Assembly: GCF_009914755.1 (NCBI RefSeq)
Contig: NC_060929.1
Length of the DNA: 64,000 nt
Source of the DNA: the human T2T-CHM13v2.0 reference genome, Homo sapiens
Reading direction: 5' to 3' (one strand)
This document shows positions 12,299-28,840 of this stretch, piece by piece. Below the pieces are notes generated by a model that saw nothing but the letters and a program-made list of their open reading frames with translations, was not told the DNA's origin and did no database searches. Position 1 is the stretch's first letter; each line of letters begins with the position of its first letter. Both the position numbers and the translations under genes were made by a program.

Positions 12299-15182
12299 AT
12301 AGGTTTCTTTGATCCTTGAGATTCTTATCTATGACCTAGGTTAACTATTCATTGACAATCATAAATTTGACTTCAGTTTGATGATATCCTCCAAGAAATT
12401 TTTGAAAAAGGATTATCATTTGTCTGCTTGTTTCTTACCTGCTTTTAATTACATATCGTATGTGGAAACCATGCACAGGATTTGGTGGAGCAGCATACCT
12501 AGAACATGCATTAGAGGGCATATGTCAAGTCTTCACAATGAAACAAACAAATCAATGATGGAATATTCATTCACATACATTAAATAAAAACTTTCATTTA
12601 CTTCTAAATACTTCCTGCTAGCAACATTCACTTACATTTAAAAAGTATTATATCTGGATCTCCTCATTTTTCAAGGATGAAATAAAAGCAAAGGGATGTA
12701 GATCTAGGTGCCATTTTATTGCTTTATATAAATTAAGGAATGCTGTGTGGCTAATTCATAATACAATGCAAAGAATAAATTTTGGTAATTTCAATATCAT
12801 ATGAAAATGACTAGGTTTTGCTTTTAGGACCTAGGCTCAAAACTGAAGCCACATTTTGGATCTTTTTAATGTTGTAACATATTTATAAATATGCACGTGC
12901 CACTTTAAATGTTGTATCAGTAGTAATGTTCATAAAATACCATGGAAAAGATCCACTTTGTTTATAAATACATGAGACACACTATCCCAGTGAATTGCAT
13001 CCTGAGGTAAAGGCAAAGCTGTGAGATGAATGGTAATGAGTTCAGCTCAGTTCCCTCGACCTTTGCTTAGTTTCACGGCTCACACTGGCTTTAATAAACC
13101 CGGTAGAAAATGGAGTTAGAATAGACTTTGTTAAAATCAGATAACTTACTGAAAATTAGTTTTCTCAGGTAGGTGAGTTAAAAATAATATTATGAATAAA
13201 GGCTTTCTAGAGTTATACAACTGGCAACTCACAACTTCAGGGAGTAAAGTCAGATGATTTCATTGCAGAATTATTTGAGAAAATTTTAAGCTCAAAATGA
13301 TTGTAACATATGATGCTGTTGGACTTGTGATTAGTTTAATATTAGATATTTAAACAAATGTGCCCAATCTGCTAAACAAAAGAAGTAGCCAGGGTGACCA
13401 GTCCTAGCCCAAATGTAAGACATTTTCAAATTGTATATGGGGCTGTGAAATAATATGAAGCAAATGACTTCTTAAGTACCACAATTTGACAATGAGTTGG
13501 GGCTCAAAGCGTCATGGGAGTAAGCAAGATATGTGCCCACAATGAGACCTGAATCATTTTATTATTTTATAGCGATTCTCCTCCCTGCTTTTTTTCCCAT
13601 CAGAACAAGGCAAGTTTGCTCCTGATAAATCTCTCCAAATGATTTTAAAATCAGAAATATATATTTATGCCTCACTCACTGGAAGAGTGTCTCTCATATT
13701 TTTTGTGTTGGTCTGAGGGCAGTCCTGATTATTTTTCTCTATATATTTATATAAAGAATTAAACATTTGTATTTATATGTATTAATCTTACTGTGTCATA
13801 CATTGCCACTATATATAAAGGTTTTCAGCCTACCATTTTTTCATAAAATATACCATCTAGTTTTTGTAAAATTTTCTCAAAGACTGATATGCTTTCCTTT
13901 TTCATCTTCCTGTACAAATAATGTTATATCACTAGCAGATTTACAGCTATGATTTAGTTACAATGTATAGACTTCTTTCTAAAGTTTAGTATTCTTGATA
14001 GAGTAAACCTCTGTCCTGACTCCACAACTTGAATTTTTAGTTTCTTGCTATACTTTGCTACTTTCTAGTTCACACTTAACACTCTTTCACCTTCCCCTTA
14101 ACTTTCTCTACTTTATATATTTCCTACCTTGGACAATGACTCATCTTCTGCACTACTTTTTCCTTCTTCCTCACCCACCCATCCAGATTAAATTGGTCAC
14201 CACTAACTGCTACTACTTTTTCCTTCCTAAATTGTTCTCAAAGTCCTACTAAAATTGTTCTAGTTAAAACGATCATGGCTTGTTACTTGGATGGCAAACT
14301 CATCAATCTACCAGTTCATCCTACTTCCCTCTACTTGCTTCTTCTTACTAGACCCAATACAGCCTGGTCCCGTTATAAACTCCATTATTGTATTTTCCTG
14401 CTTGCAAAAAGAGTATGTTTTCTATCCCAGAGACATTGGCAGGCAGCTATTCCTAATTAAATTTCTGAAACGCTGTTTTGAAATATTAATTGTAAAGTAT
14501 ACCTTTTATGTATGGCAAGTGATAATGAGGTTTACATTCACAGTACTGTTGTAGCTATTTTAAAATTTTTCCTTATATAAGTTTAAATAAACTTAAAACA
14601 TTTCAAGTGAATAGTAATATAGTCACTTGAAATACATCTATTAAGCTTGAGAATCATTGTCTAATGGGATAAATTTAATGATCCTTGGCATAGTGAAGAT
14701 AGCTTTTAATATTTGATTTTTGTGTACGGCCCCTAACAAATCGAAGGAAGGAGGTTATGATGCCTTCTTCTGACGGACACATCTCCTGTGTACATGCACG
14801 TGCTCACAGAGGCACACCGATTCTCCTCTTACCTTTCCTGATGCTCGCCCACTCTGAGTCTGTGATCAAGTAACCTTTTTTCTTGCTTCAGGGATGACTT
14901 CTTACTTTGTGAAATTTTTAATCTCAAGAGTCATTCAGTGTTATTGCCCCTGATTATAAATTTGATTAATCTTTTACATTGTTATTTATTAAGCAGAAGA
15001 CCAGTATGATAAGTTGTGTACATTCTTGATTCTGATGTAAATCAATGTTATTAAAATTTAATTCTGTGAAATCTGAATGTTCTACCACCTCTGGTAATGT
15101 CTACCTAATATTTTTCTGACATTTAGATTAACTGAATTTCTGAGAAAATAATTCTTACCCAATTATTACCTATTTTCTGTTA

Positions 15183-15502
15183 TGTTTTGTTGTTGGTGGT
15201 TTTTTGTTTTATTTATTTATTTGAGACAAGGTCTCACTCTGTCATCCATTCTTGAATGCAGTGGTGCAATCACAGCTCATTGCAGCCTTGCCTCCCAGGT
15301 TCAATTGATCCTCTCACCTCAGCCTCCAAGTAGCTGAGACTACAGGCACATGTCACTACACCTGGCTAATTTTTGCACCTTTTGTAGAGATGGGGTTTCG
15401 CCATGTTGCCAAGGCTGGTTTTGAACTCCTGACCCCAAGAAATCTACTCGTCTCAGCCTCCCAAAGTTCTGGGATTACAGTTGTATGCCACCATGCCCAG
15501 CC
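15183..15502 (-). mobile_element. AluJ
   Basis: gagacaaggtctcactctgtc…gatcctctcacctcagcc…; TSD tattttctgtta (15171-15182) / tatttcctgtta (15504-15515). Confidence 0.92.
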
Positions 15503-15529
15503 TTATTTCCTGTTAATAGCTATTTCTTG

Positions 15530-16000
15530 AGGAACCCTTACACACTGTTTTAGGGGGTGTAAATTAGTTCAATCATTGGAAAAGACGTGGCAATTCTTCA
15601 AAGATCTAAAGACAGAAATATCATTTGACTCAGCAATCCCTTTACTGGGTATATAACCAAAGAAATATAAATTGTTTTATCACAAAGAAACATACACATG
15701 TATGTTCATTGGAGCATTATTCACAATAGCAAAGACAAAGACTCAACTTAAATGCCTATCAATGGAAGACTGGATAAAGAAAATGTGGCACGTATACACC
15801 ATGGAATACTATACAGCCATAAAAAAGAATGATATAATGTCCTTTGCAAGAACATGGATGGAGCTGGAGGACATGATCCTTAGCAAACTAATGCAGGAAC
15901 AGAAAAACAAATTTTTCATGTTCTCACTTATAAGTGGGAGCCAAGTGATGAGAACACATGGGCACATAGAGGGGAATAACATATAATAGGGCCATTTTTG
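15530..16000 (+). mobile_element. L1PA (older primate) ORF2 end / 3' UTR fragment
   Basis: ORF 15672-15986 matches the L1 ORF2 C-terminus (TCMFIGALFTIAK…WIKKMW…YTMEYY). Confidence 0.9.
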
Positions 16001-16009
16001 CAGTTGTGA

Positions 16010-16815
<806 letters not shown>

Positions 16816-17185
16816 ACACACACCACACACACACACACACACACCCCACAGCCAATTCTTATCTTGATTACTTGCAAACAAGAAGATATTTCCTATTCTG
16901 TTCTCTCCTCTTTTATTTTCTTCCATTTCATTCCACTTTCTTCTATAACATTCTGTCCTAATTAATTCCCTTTTAATTAAGTCCATACTTAAACTAAAGG
17001 CACACTTGTATCCCACTATGCAATTTCATGATGCACTTAATGTGACTCTATTCCAATTAGCCTACCAAGAAGTCATCCTAATTTTTCTACCTGATATTGG
17101 TCACATCATCTGCAGAAAAGCACACAGAATCTTTCCCTTTTATGAATTTTTGTGCTAATCAGTGCCAAAAAAGACATGGTGTTAA

Positions 17186-17755
17186 TGTATTAGTGATTCA
17201 TTGCTATACAATGGATGACTCCGAAACTTATTGGCTTAAATATTATAAATAATGTTTTAAAATATTTATTTTTAATAATGTTTTATTTTTAATAGTTTTA
17301 TTTTTAATAAAATAATGTTTAAACATGTTTATTATTTCATACTTTCTAAGGGCGCCTTTGGCTCAGGATCTCTCACTGGGCTGCAATCATGGTAGTAGCT
17401 CTCGCTACAAACATTTTAAGGTTCAACTGGGAAATTGGCTTATACATGCACATACGGCTGTTAGCAGGTCCTCACTCGCTGGTTTCCAGAGTCATCAGTC
17501 TTTGTCTTAGGCCAGTTCGAAACATGGCAGCTGGCTTCCCTCAGTGGGGAAGAAAGCAAAAGAAGGCAAGAGAGAGAAAAACCAGGTTTTTCTTGTCATC
17601 TAATCTTAGAGATGACATACCAACACTTTTGCTGTATTTTGTATATTAGAAATGAGTCAGTAAGTTCAGCCACACTCAAGGGATGAGTGTCACACAAGAG
17701 AATGAATAATAGGAAGCTAAGTATTTAATGCCAACTCAGTGTGTGCCTCTCATAA
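17186..17755 (-). mobile_element. MLT1 (F/G/H-like) LTR
   Basis: tgtattagt…aaacttattggcttaaa…aacatggcagctggcttccc…ttagaaatgagtcagtaagttcagccacactcaaggg. Confidence 0.7.
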
Positions 17756-18179
17756 CTAGGAAGAAATGAAACAAATATGAGGAAGCTAAAATAATTATAA
17801 AATGTTGACAGGACATGGTCATTTCTCTCCTGTATTTTATTTTCTTTTCATAAATATTATTTGTGAGTCTCATCTGCAGTAGTCCTTATTTAAAAGGCTG
17901 ACTGGTGACTGACTGTAACAGTTGTTTATTCTTAAAAGCAGTTGTTACCTTCTAAGTTTATTTTAATGTGCTATAAATTTATCCTTTATTTTATGCTGTA
18001 ATTATTTTACTTTTGTTACACAAAGGCAGATTTATATGCACCTTTATTTGCTACATCTTTGTTTGCTTGGATGAGGGTAAGGGTAAGGGGTAAGGAGAGA
18101 AAGACGAAGGAAAAGAGGTGAAATCGAAGAAAAAAGATTATCATTATTATAATTAAAATGCATTGAATACTCACTATAT

Positions 18180-18455
18180 GTCATTCCAATAATTCTTTAT
18201 AATATAAAAATTTATCATAATATATAAATATATGTGGCATTTCAAGTACTCTTGATATATATGAAATATATATTATAATATATAATACATGAAATATATT
18301 AATAAATACAATATGTAACTGTAATATAATGTTCATGTGTAAATTTATAATATAAAATATGATATAACATTTAATTATGAAACTATAATTATATATCATT
18401 TTATATATGTATAGTTATGTATTTATATAAAATATGTTATAATGTATATATTTTT
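18180..18455. repeat. AT-rich / (TA)n low-complexity tract
   Basis: Very high A+T with degenerate TA repeats. Confidence 0.8.
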
Positions 18456-21265
18456 TCTTTTGAAGAAGGTAATAATATTTCCATGCTAAAATAAGGAACC
18501 TGAAGATGGATGTGGTGCAGTTCACTCTATCAGAACTCGAATTTTCACTCAAAGAGTCTAGTTGCTGAGTCCACATTTTTCAGTCCATGATGTCTTCGTA
18601 TGTGGATTTGAACACAGAATCATGCATATACCATATTTAAAACTCAAATGATGCATATTTCAAAAAAACTTTAAATTAGAAACTACATCTTGCGTGTGTA
18701 TGTCAGGAAATCAATAAGTATTAGTCAAATGAATAAAGGAATATCATAGTTTATTTTGAGTTTTCTTGAAATTGGCCTAAAATAAAAATATAGGTTACAA
18801 AGTAGATAGTTGCTTTGTATATGTGAGAAAGAAAATAAAAGGAAAAAAGAGAAAAAAGGAACAAATGTTAAAAAAGGAAAAAACAAAATTTTAGAGAATT
18901 TTAGTTTTAACTTGATATTGTAATTAATGTGTCAAGATGGATTTTTCCACCAATAGTATGTCACATATTATAAGCAGTTAAAGCACAGCCCAGTGAAATG
19001 TTTGAAGTTCTGGAATTAAAGTGACATAATAAAGAACAAAAAAATTGTAATATAGAGTATGATATAATTGCACATACCCAAGGAAAACAAGATTTGTAAA
19101 AACAAATTAATCATGTTCAGCGTTTAAAAATGTAGCAATATATAATAAAACTTATTATAAGCATACAGATGTTAATGCGAATATTTCCATTTGGTTAAAA
19201 GAGATAAATTTATAGTTATTTCACTAAAGTCTGCAGGGTTCTGGAACAAAGGAACTTATTGAATTTAATATATTTCTCATAAAAGTGTCTCACAAGTATT
19301 AATTTCATGCTTGACACAACTTTTCATAGGCTTTGTGATTTTATATCTCTGATTTACAACAGGCTAGGTTTCCTGGTTGATAAATTCTCAAATTACCAAA
19401 ATTTTAAAACTGAAAGGAGATTTCTTTTTTAAATATAACAAGGAAGTTTGGTTGGTTCAGTATGAAATATGAACTTTGAAGTGAGTTCATTTTACCAATG
19501 ATGATGTAACTATAAATAGTTATATATTTATTTGTAAGAATAAAATATAAATTAAATATAAAACAGTTTTCTTAAGTTACTTTTTCTGTCCTTTTAGTGG
19601 CTTCATTTAAATTACAGTAAAATCTCAGACACAAAATTATCAAGGATTTAGGAATAAAGGGATAAAAATGACATAAAAGAAATATTTTTAGAAGAATAGG
19701 AGTTTCTAAACTTTTAGTAAACAGGTAACATACAGAATCAGCCTGCTTTTAAGTCAAGTGATGATGTGGCTCATGAGAAAAGTACATCTTCCGAAAGAAC
19801 TTATATTACAAATAATTCTAAAACTGTTGTAAAGTGATTGGTCAGTTTATTGCAAAGAATGAACAAAACGTGTTTTGTTGGACAGGTGGCATCTAGAAGA
19901 GAATAGATTTTCATTTAAAAAGAAATAACAGAGGGGAAAAAAATGCCAAGTTAAGGTGGCCTAGTGATAGCAATTATCAAAACTAATAATAGCATCAATG
20001 AGGGTTAAGATAAATTAACTTTTCTTAACATTTGAGAAGAAAGCTAGTACAAATCAACAGTTCTCACAATTCTCAAAGGGTCTTGTATTTGCCAGACTAT
20101 AAATAGATTAGCCCAAAGCCTTACACTTCTAAAAAGTTCAGTCCTTACAAGTTAGAAGGATACCTAGCAAAATGATCAATGTAACTTTCATCTTATCCGT
20201 TGGCTTCATATAATCCCTTTGACACATGTGGAATAAAAATGAATCCCTCTTCTGTTTGGAAATCTTTCAAATATTTGAAGAAATCTATATTGAGAAAATA
20301 TTACAGATATATTATTATTTATTTATACTATATATATACTTTTTCATAATATTAGCCAGATGTTTGTGGTTGGGAAGTTTGCAAGACCAAAGCAAATGTA
20401 CCCAAACATATTTTGTTTCTTGTGTTTTGTGAATACCTAAATTGATGGAGCTGTTACGTAAATATCAGAGACTACATCCCACTGCTTGGTGGCAAGGATT
20501 ATTGGGATTGAGCAAGAAGGGAGTCATAGACTCATGGCATCGTGGTTGGCACAGAACAGTCATTTATCTTAGGAATCAAACCACTTTCTATTGAAAAGAC
20601 ACCTATGGCAACCATAATGGACTAAACATGAAGGACCTTTCAATCTTCGATGGTACCAAGTAAGCATCCCAAATTCTTATATGACCTTGTGGAGGCCGGA
20701 GTCCCAGTTAGGCCCAAGATTATACAGGCTGATGGCTGTATGTCTGAATTAATTTTAGTCAAAGAATATAAAGAACACAAAGAACGTAACAAAGAGAGTA
20801 GCCTCTTTGCACACTTAATGTGGAAACAATATATATCAATTACATAGCAGTTAAATTCTCCGGAAGTTTGTTTTCTCAAAACTCTAAACTCCATTTGAAT
20901 CTTCTTGCCCACTAGTCTTCAAAGCAGGAAGGGTATAAGAGCAGAAATCTAGTGCCAGAAGAAAAATAGATTGTAAGCCTGCCACCAATTAAAAGATTCT
21001 TCACCCACGTCTAAGTTTTCGCAGATATAAAACAAAAGAGTAATGATATAAGGCACAATTTGGAGCACAACCATGAAGTATCTACAAATAAAGAACAGAA
21101 TAAAAGGGAAATAACACTGCCACCTGATAATTCAATCTATATTTAATGCCTTAAAAAAGAAATATGCGATTCCCTTTAATGTAGAAAGACATTGTTCAGG
21201 CTGATGAGACTATATGGAACTTAAGTTTGTCAATTCTTGGACTCTTCATTTTGTTCCATAGTAAC

Positions 21266-21628
21266 TGTATTAGTCTGTTCTCACACTGCTATAAAGACAT
21301 ACCTGAGATTGGGTAATTCATAAAGAAAAAGGATTTAATTGAATCACAGTTCTAAATGACTGGGGAGGCCTCAGGAAATTTACAATCATTGCAAAGGTGA
21401 AGGGGAAGCAAGGCATGTCTTACATGACACCAGGCAAGAGAGTAAGTGAAGAATGCCAGACACTGGAAAACCATCAAATCTCATGAGAACTTACTCACTA
21501 TCACAAGAATAGCAAGGGGGAAATCCGCCTCTGTGATCCAATCACCTCCCACAAGGCCCCTCCCTTGACATGTTGGGATTACAATTCAAGATGAGATTTG
21601 GGTGGGCACACAGAGTCAAACCATATCA
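21266..21628 (-). mobile_element. MSTA/THE1D-like solo LTR
   Basis: tgtattagtctgttctc…caaaccatatca; perfect TSD GTAAC at 21261-21265 and 21629-21633. Confidence 0.93.
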
Positions 21629-21768
21629 GTAACATTTCTAAAATTAACATACGTCTTCTCTAATTAGTGAAGTGTCAGAGTTAACTGGAGACATTTCTTA
21701 TTTTAGTCACATAAACAATGGTAATGCCTTTATAAGCACTTTTTTGCAGAAAGGATATCATGAACTAG

Positions 21769-22116
<348 letters not shown>

Positions 22117-22689
22117 TGACAGTGGTAAGATAGGTTAGCAGAAAACAGAAATGTCTAACTTCTTATCAGTTTTAGTTTTTGTTGCAGTTTGTTTTCCAAC
22201 TCACTATTATTAAGATGTGTCATGCCTTCCTGCTTTTTGGCATACACGTATATGGTGGTCATCACTATGTTATAATTGTAAAGTTACAACTCAAAATCCA
22301 GCTTTACAAAGCCAGATAAAATCTGGGTAAAAATTGGGTAAAGTCTGGCTTTGTAAATTTGGTGAATTTGAGTCGGTTCTGAGGAATGTGTTCATTTCTG
22401 TTGGGTTGATCAAATACAATCTCTGACCAAGTGTGGTCAGGAAACGGGAGTTGGGTCATCAGTGTAATTTTACCAGCACAGGCTCTGGCACAATTACACT
22501 GGATATCTCTCCTGGTGTCATTCATAGATATTTCATCACCATCACCTATCAGATTTTATATATTTATTTAGATAAAGGAAATAATGTGCATAAAGCAGTT
22601 ATAAAGTGTGAGGTACCTCCTAGGTCCTCAAGAACAGTGATTTTCACTTTCCAGGTTGTCATTCTCTAAATTTATTCTTATTTGACCAT

Positions 22690-23450
22690 GCACCCCAAGG
22701 TATGGTACCCAGAAATGACAAGACACTTAGGTGCCTGGCAATCACTTCTTCAATCTAGTTACTATATTTCCGTTCATGAAATATATGATCCCATTAGTTT
22801 GGTTGGAGCTACATTACACTATTGATTCATACTGATTTCACTGCCAGGGAAAACCTGCAATCTCTCCAACACACGCTATTCCTAAGTGATCCAATCTTTC
22901 AGAGAGTTGTCTTTTTAGATTTGGGGTCAAAACCTTACATTTATCAGTTTTAAAAGCTTCTTACTGGTTTTGGCCCTTCACTCTTTGTTGTCCAAATATT
23001 ATAGATTATTTTTCTGCTATACAAATTATATACTGTGCCTTCCTGCTTTTTGGCATACACATATGTGGTGATTATAACTACTTTATAGTTTTCAAGTTAC
23101 CACTTTAACTAGTTATAACTACAGTGCACATGAATGAATTTATGTTCTAAAGGAATGTGCTAGAACCCTCTTAGGCTGACACCATTGTATACTGTCTCTT
23201 ACGTGGTTTTGAATCCATACATTTTATCATAAACTTCTACAATTATATGTCTTAGTCACCAGGAGCTTATGAATAATGCTTTCATGAAAAGCAACCTACT
23301 ACATTTATTTGACCTATTTGTCTAACATTCTTATTTAGCAAGAGGATAAGCTGCTATGATATAGTCTTAAAAATGTTTGCATAAGTCTCAGGAACATCAT
23401 AAAGCCTGATCTCATCATGTGCCCGCACTCTTTAACTGTTTTTTTTTTTT
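22690..23450 (-). mobile_element. L3/CR1 ancient LINE fragment
   Basis: Degenerate CR1-like motifs (cccagaaatgacaagacac, accttacatttatc, ttttggccc, ctagaaccctcttaggctgacacc); recalled similarity only. Confidence 0.5.
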
Positions 23451-24346
23451 CAATCCCATTTATGGAACCACCATCAGAAAAAAAGTGTAAAAATTACAGA
23501 AATTCCTCCTCAATTCACAGGCAGTACATCCTGGCAATAAGTCTTCTTCACAATTTGTTATGCTTCTTAACTACTCCTTTCTCATTACTATTATTGCATT
23601 GATATTAGCAATCTGCATGTCCTATAAGAATCATCACAAGTTTTCTAGCTAATCTTCATACCTCCTATGTTGCATCATATAAATACTAGCTCTACAGTGT
23701 CACTGGAAGGAATATGCTGAAACACTCAGTCTCACTTTCCCTAGTTGCCTTCTACCTCTCAAACCCCCCACATCTGGCTTGCCATGATCACCAATATTCC
23801 AAAATGACAACGGTACTGAAAAGCTCATATGTCCCAGAAATAACCACACGGTTTATGCATTCATGTTTTCCATTTGCCACTCCTTCCACCTGGAAGGGCT
23901 GCCTTCTCCATCTAATCAGACTTCAGCTCATTCAGAATCAATTGGACAAACAGACAAGGAGGTGGATGACCAGTTTTGTTAGCAGTGAAGGAATATTTGA
24001 GTACTAGAAAAGAGTCCACTGGATTTTGAATGCCTGCCATACTCACAGCTCCATCAGAACAAAATAGCCAATATAATTCTGCACACTGGTTAATGTGCTT
24101 TGTGTCATGTGACCTGCCAACTCTGACTACAACTTAACTGGAGCGGAGTCTGGGTCCACAGTCAAATATGTCATCTGTACGATGATCTGCTTACCTATGA
24201 CATGAGAAAGCTGTTCAGTAATGAGACCAGCAAGGCCAGTCAGATTATCTGTTATTTTATTTCGTTTTAAATGCAATATTCACAGAAAAGGACCAAGATT
24301 TAGAGAGAATAGAAAAAAATAGATACAGAAAAACACAAACAAAGGA

Positions 24347-24615
24347 ATAGTAGACTGAATAATGCCCCACCCTCTCCAATATACAAATGCAGAGGTGTCC
24401 ATGTCCTAATCCCTGAAACCTGTGAATATATTATCTTACATAGCAAAAGGGATTTTGCAGATGTGATTAAAGTAAGGTACTAGCAGTGGAGAGATCACCC
24501 TGGATTATCCTAGTGGACTCCATGGAATCACAAGTGTTCTAATAAAAGAAAGACAACAGATTCAAAGTAAGAGAGGAACTATGAGCATGGAAGCAGAGAT
24601 GGAGATGATGTTTTG
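24347..24615 (+). mobile_element. MLT1D-like LTR 5' part
   Basis: gtccatgtcctaatccctgaaacctgtgaata…gggattttgcagatgtgattaa…cctggattatcc. Confidence 0.8.
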
Positions 24616-25184
24616 ATGTTATATATATACATATGTCATATATATATATATGTCAATATCTGACTTAATTCATGTAACAATTTGGTGCCAAAAAATGAAG
24701 GTAATTTCATAAACTCAGAATTTTTTTAAATGCATGTCCATGTTATTGTATGATTTTGTATCACACCAGTTCAAACACCTTTCTTTACAGTTATTCAAAC
24801 AAGGCTCTTTTGGAATTATTTCAGTCATCCCTAATATGTCACCTGCCAAAGACCTTGAAGCTAAACAAACAAAAAGACAAAATTTCAAATGACTAACTTT
24901 TAGATGAATTGAGTAAGAAATAGTCATTGTCAAGAGATGACGATGGGAGTGTTAATCTCCAGTAAGATGTTTTGTCGAAATGGTTCTTCTCATATAGCAT
25001 TCAGAAGTCAGAAACTTCAAAAATAAGGGCAGAACAAGTGTACAATGAAAGAACCTTCTTCAGCTTAAGCCTCCCATAGTCCTAAACCTGACATAAGGAA
25101 GGCAAAGCATCTTTCCTGTAAATTGAACAGATCTCCAGTATTTCTATCTAATTGAGCTTTCAGAGATTAGATTCCTAATATATC

Positions 25185-25300
25185 TCATGTATGTGTGTAT
25201 ATACACATATATATACACACTTATATACATACATATAATATATACACATACACATATATAATATATACATATATATTATACACACACACACACAAACACA
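25185..25300. repeat. (TA)n/(CA)n compound microsatellite
   Basis: Visible directly in the sequence. Confidence 0.85.
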
Positions 25301-25422
25301 CATCTCATCTTGGCTCTGCTTGCATTAATTATGGCTGAAGAGTTGAATACACATACAAGTCCAAAGGTGGAAGCATACATACACTGTATGGTAACTAGCA
25401 AGAGCAGACTATAAAAGCAAAG

Positions 25423-26503
<1,081 letters not shown>

Positions 26504-26731
26504 CAGATTTTTTATCTTAAATACTTTGTTCTTCTTCATGATTTAATCTCACATAAAATAGTAAGGAATTATATCATAGGAGGAAAAGCAAGTTTCATAA
26601 AATAATACTATGATTTAAAACTGACTCTGTGTCTAATCTCACAACACATTGCAAAGAGTTAATAATGGGTGGTCTTATCCATGTCAAAAATAGAAAGCAA
26701 GGGAAGCCTAATGAAAAATCAGGGGACTATT

Positions 26732-27101
26732 TGCTGTAGACTGAATGTTTGTGTCACGCTCAAATTCCTATGTTGAAATTCTAACCCTTTAGTATTCGGA
26801 GGGGGGCATTTGGGAGGTAAATAGATTATGAGGGTGGAGCCCCCATGAATGGGATCAGTGCCTTTATAAAAAAAAAAAAAAAAAAAAAAAAGATCCAGAG
26901 AGCTCTCTTGCACTTGCTGCCATGTGAAGACACAGCGAGAAGACAACCATCTATGAACCAGGGAACAGGCCCTCATCAGACACCAGAGCTGACAGCACCT
27001 TGGACTGCTCAGCCTCCAGAATGGTGAGAAGTAAATTAGTCTTGTTTGTAAGCTCTGTAGTCCATGGCATTCTGTTATAGCTGCCTGAACAGACTAAGAA
27101 A
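26732..27101 (+). mobile_element. MLT1A/MLT1A0 solo LTR
   Basis: tgctgtagactgaatgtttgtgtc…gaacagactaagaaa; perfect TSD CTATT at 26727-26731 and 27102-27106. Confidence 0.88.
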
Positions 27102-27464
27102 CTATTAGGTGGTATCCTGGTGGCAGTAGGTACTTTTCTTCAGTCAAGAAGCCCTTGTTCTGTACTAAGTGGCTTCTGACTCTAGTAACTAATAATTGCA
27201 TAAGTGAAGTTAAGGACTTAGATATATTATAAATAAAATAAACTCCTAAAAGCAGAACAAGAAACAAGAGTAAAAAACAATAGATATTTGTCAGTAACCA
27301 GTAAAAGAAGTTGGGAATAACCATCTATGTAGAAATAAAAGATTCTCAGCAATACGTATAATCAGAAAAGTTCCCTTTGCCTTAACTATTAGAGAATTTT
27401 ACTATTTTACCTCATTTAAATTGTAAATCTCAAGTTTTTTATTTGAATACAATTTCTATTAAGA

Positions 27465-27645
27465 AATAAAAATATCTGACTTAAGATTTTGAATTCCTTA
27501 CTATTTGTGTGACTTTTAGAAAATGTGGGTTTATATTCTCTCCTGTATAAAATGCCAATAACAATAGCCCTGACTCATAGTGTTGCTTTTGAGGAATAAA
27601 TAACCTAATGCGTTTTGGTACAGTACCATAGTTACTGTTATTTCA
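27465..27645 (+). mobile_element. MIR
   Basis: cttactatttgtgtgacttt…ctgtataaaatg…aatagccctgactcatagtgttg…gaggaataaa core. Confidence 0.6.
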
Positions 27646-28519
27646 GTGTTATTTCTTGTTGAACAGTGAACATTTTCTCACCAGCTTTGTTTTGTCAGGA
27701 AGCCTTAGGCAAACTTATGACAAAAGAAAAGAAATTTTTTCGCCTTCCTACTCTCCCTTATTTTGGCTGTAACTTAACACTTATATATTATTCTTATCCC
27801 CTGCCTCAAATAAATCCCACAGGTTGTCCTCAGTCTCACTTTATAATGTACTATCTAGTTCTGACTTCTTCAGGTAATTCAAACTTCTCAATCTACCATT
27901 TTGATATCAATTTGTCTATCCTGACTTCTCATTTCCTCTGAGGTTTATGACCTGATAACCAATTTGATAAAATGTCATTGGTAAATATAGGCTACTTAAC
28001 AAAAACTATAATAGTTTAAATACATGAACTTACCGGACTGCTTAAAATTCAAATGTATACAGACACATATCATATATATTTTTTAAATTTTACAAACAGT
28101 GCAGTTTTTTATTAGAAATAAATTTAACATGTAATATGTTCATTATTGTTATCCTAAAATTTATGATAAATATGTATTTTTTCATTCTAATTTCTAATAT
28201 GGTAAATATCACCAGATATATTAAACACAGTCACACTTATTTTTATCATATGAGTTTCCAAATCATAATCGTGATAAAATATCTGATACTAGCCCTAACC
28301 TAACAAAATGAACTCAAAAGCATTCATATATAATCTAATGAAAGATATATTTAGAATTTTACAAGATTATGCATTGGTAGTTTTATATATTACAAATGAA
28401 TATTCTTACTTAATAATGGAAACCCTTTATCAAGTAATTATAAGTATAGTATGTTTTCTAAATATTTTGTTTATTTTTTAGTAAAAAATGTCATGATGAT
28501 TAAAACAAACTGTCTCCAT

Positions 28520-28840
28520 CAGGTATGGTGGCTCATGTCTGTAATCCCAGCACTTTGGGAGGTGGAGGTAGCCAGATTGCTTTGAGCCCAGGAGTTTGAG
28601 ATCAGCCTGGCCAGCATGACAAGAAACCCCATCTATACTAAAAATACAAAAACTAGCTGGGTGTGGCAGTGCATACCTGTGGTTTCAGGTACTTGGGAGG
28701 CTGAAGTGGGAGGATGGCTTGAGCCTGGGAGAAAGAGGTTGAAATGAGCAGAGATCATGCTATTGCACACCGGCCTGGGTGACAGAGCCAGACCCAGTCT
28801 CAAACAAACAAACAAACAAACAAACAAAACCACAAAACAG
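28520..28840 (+). mobile_element. AluJ with (CAAA)n tail
   Basis: gattgctttgagcccaggagtttgag, ggaggatggcttgagcc; TSD aaactgtctccat at 28507-28519 and 28841-28853. Confidence 0.92.

Noticed and set aside
18070-18100. gggtaagggtaaggggtaagg as a G-quadruplex or telomere-like repeat
   Set aside because: Only three full G-tracts and about three units; not TTAGGG
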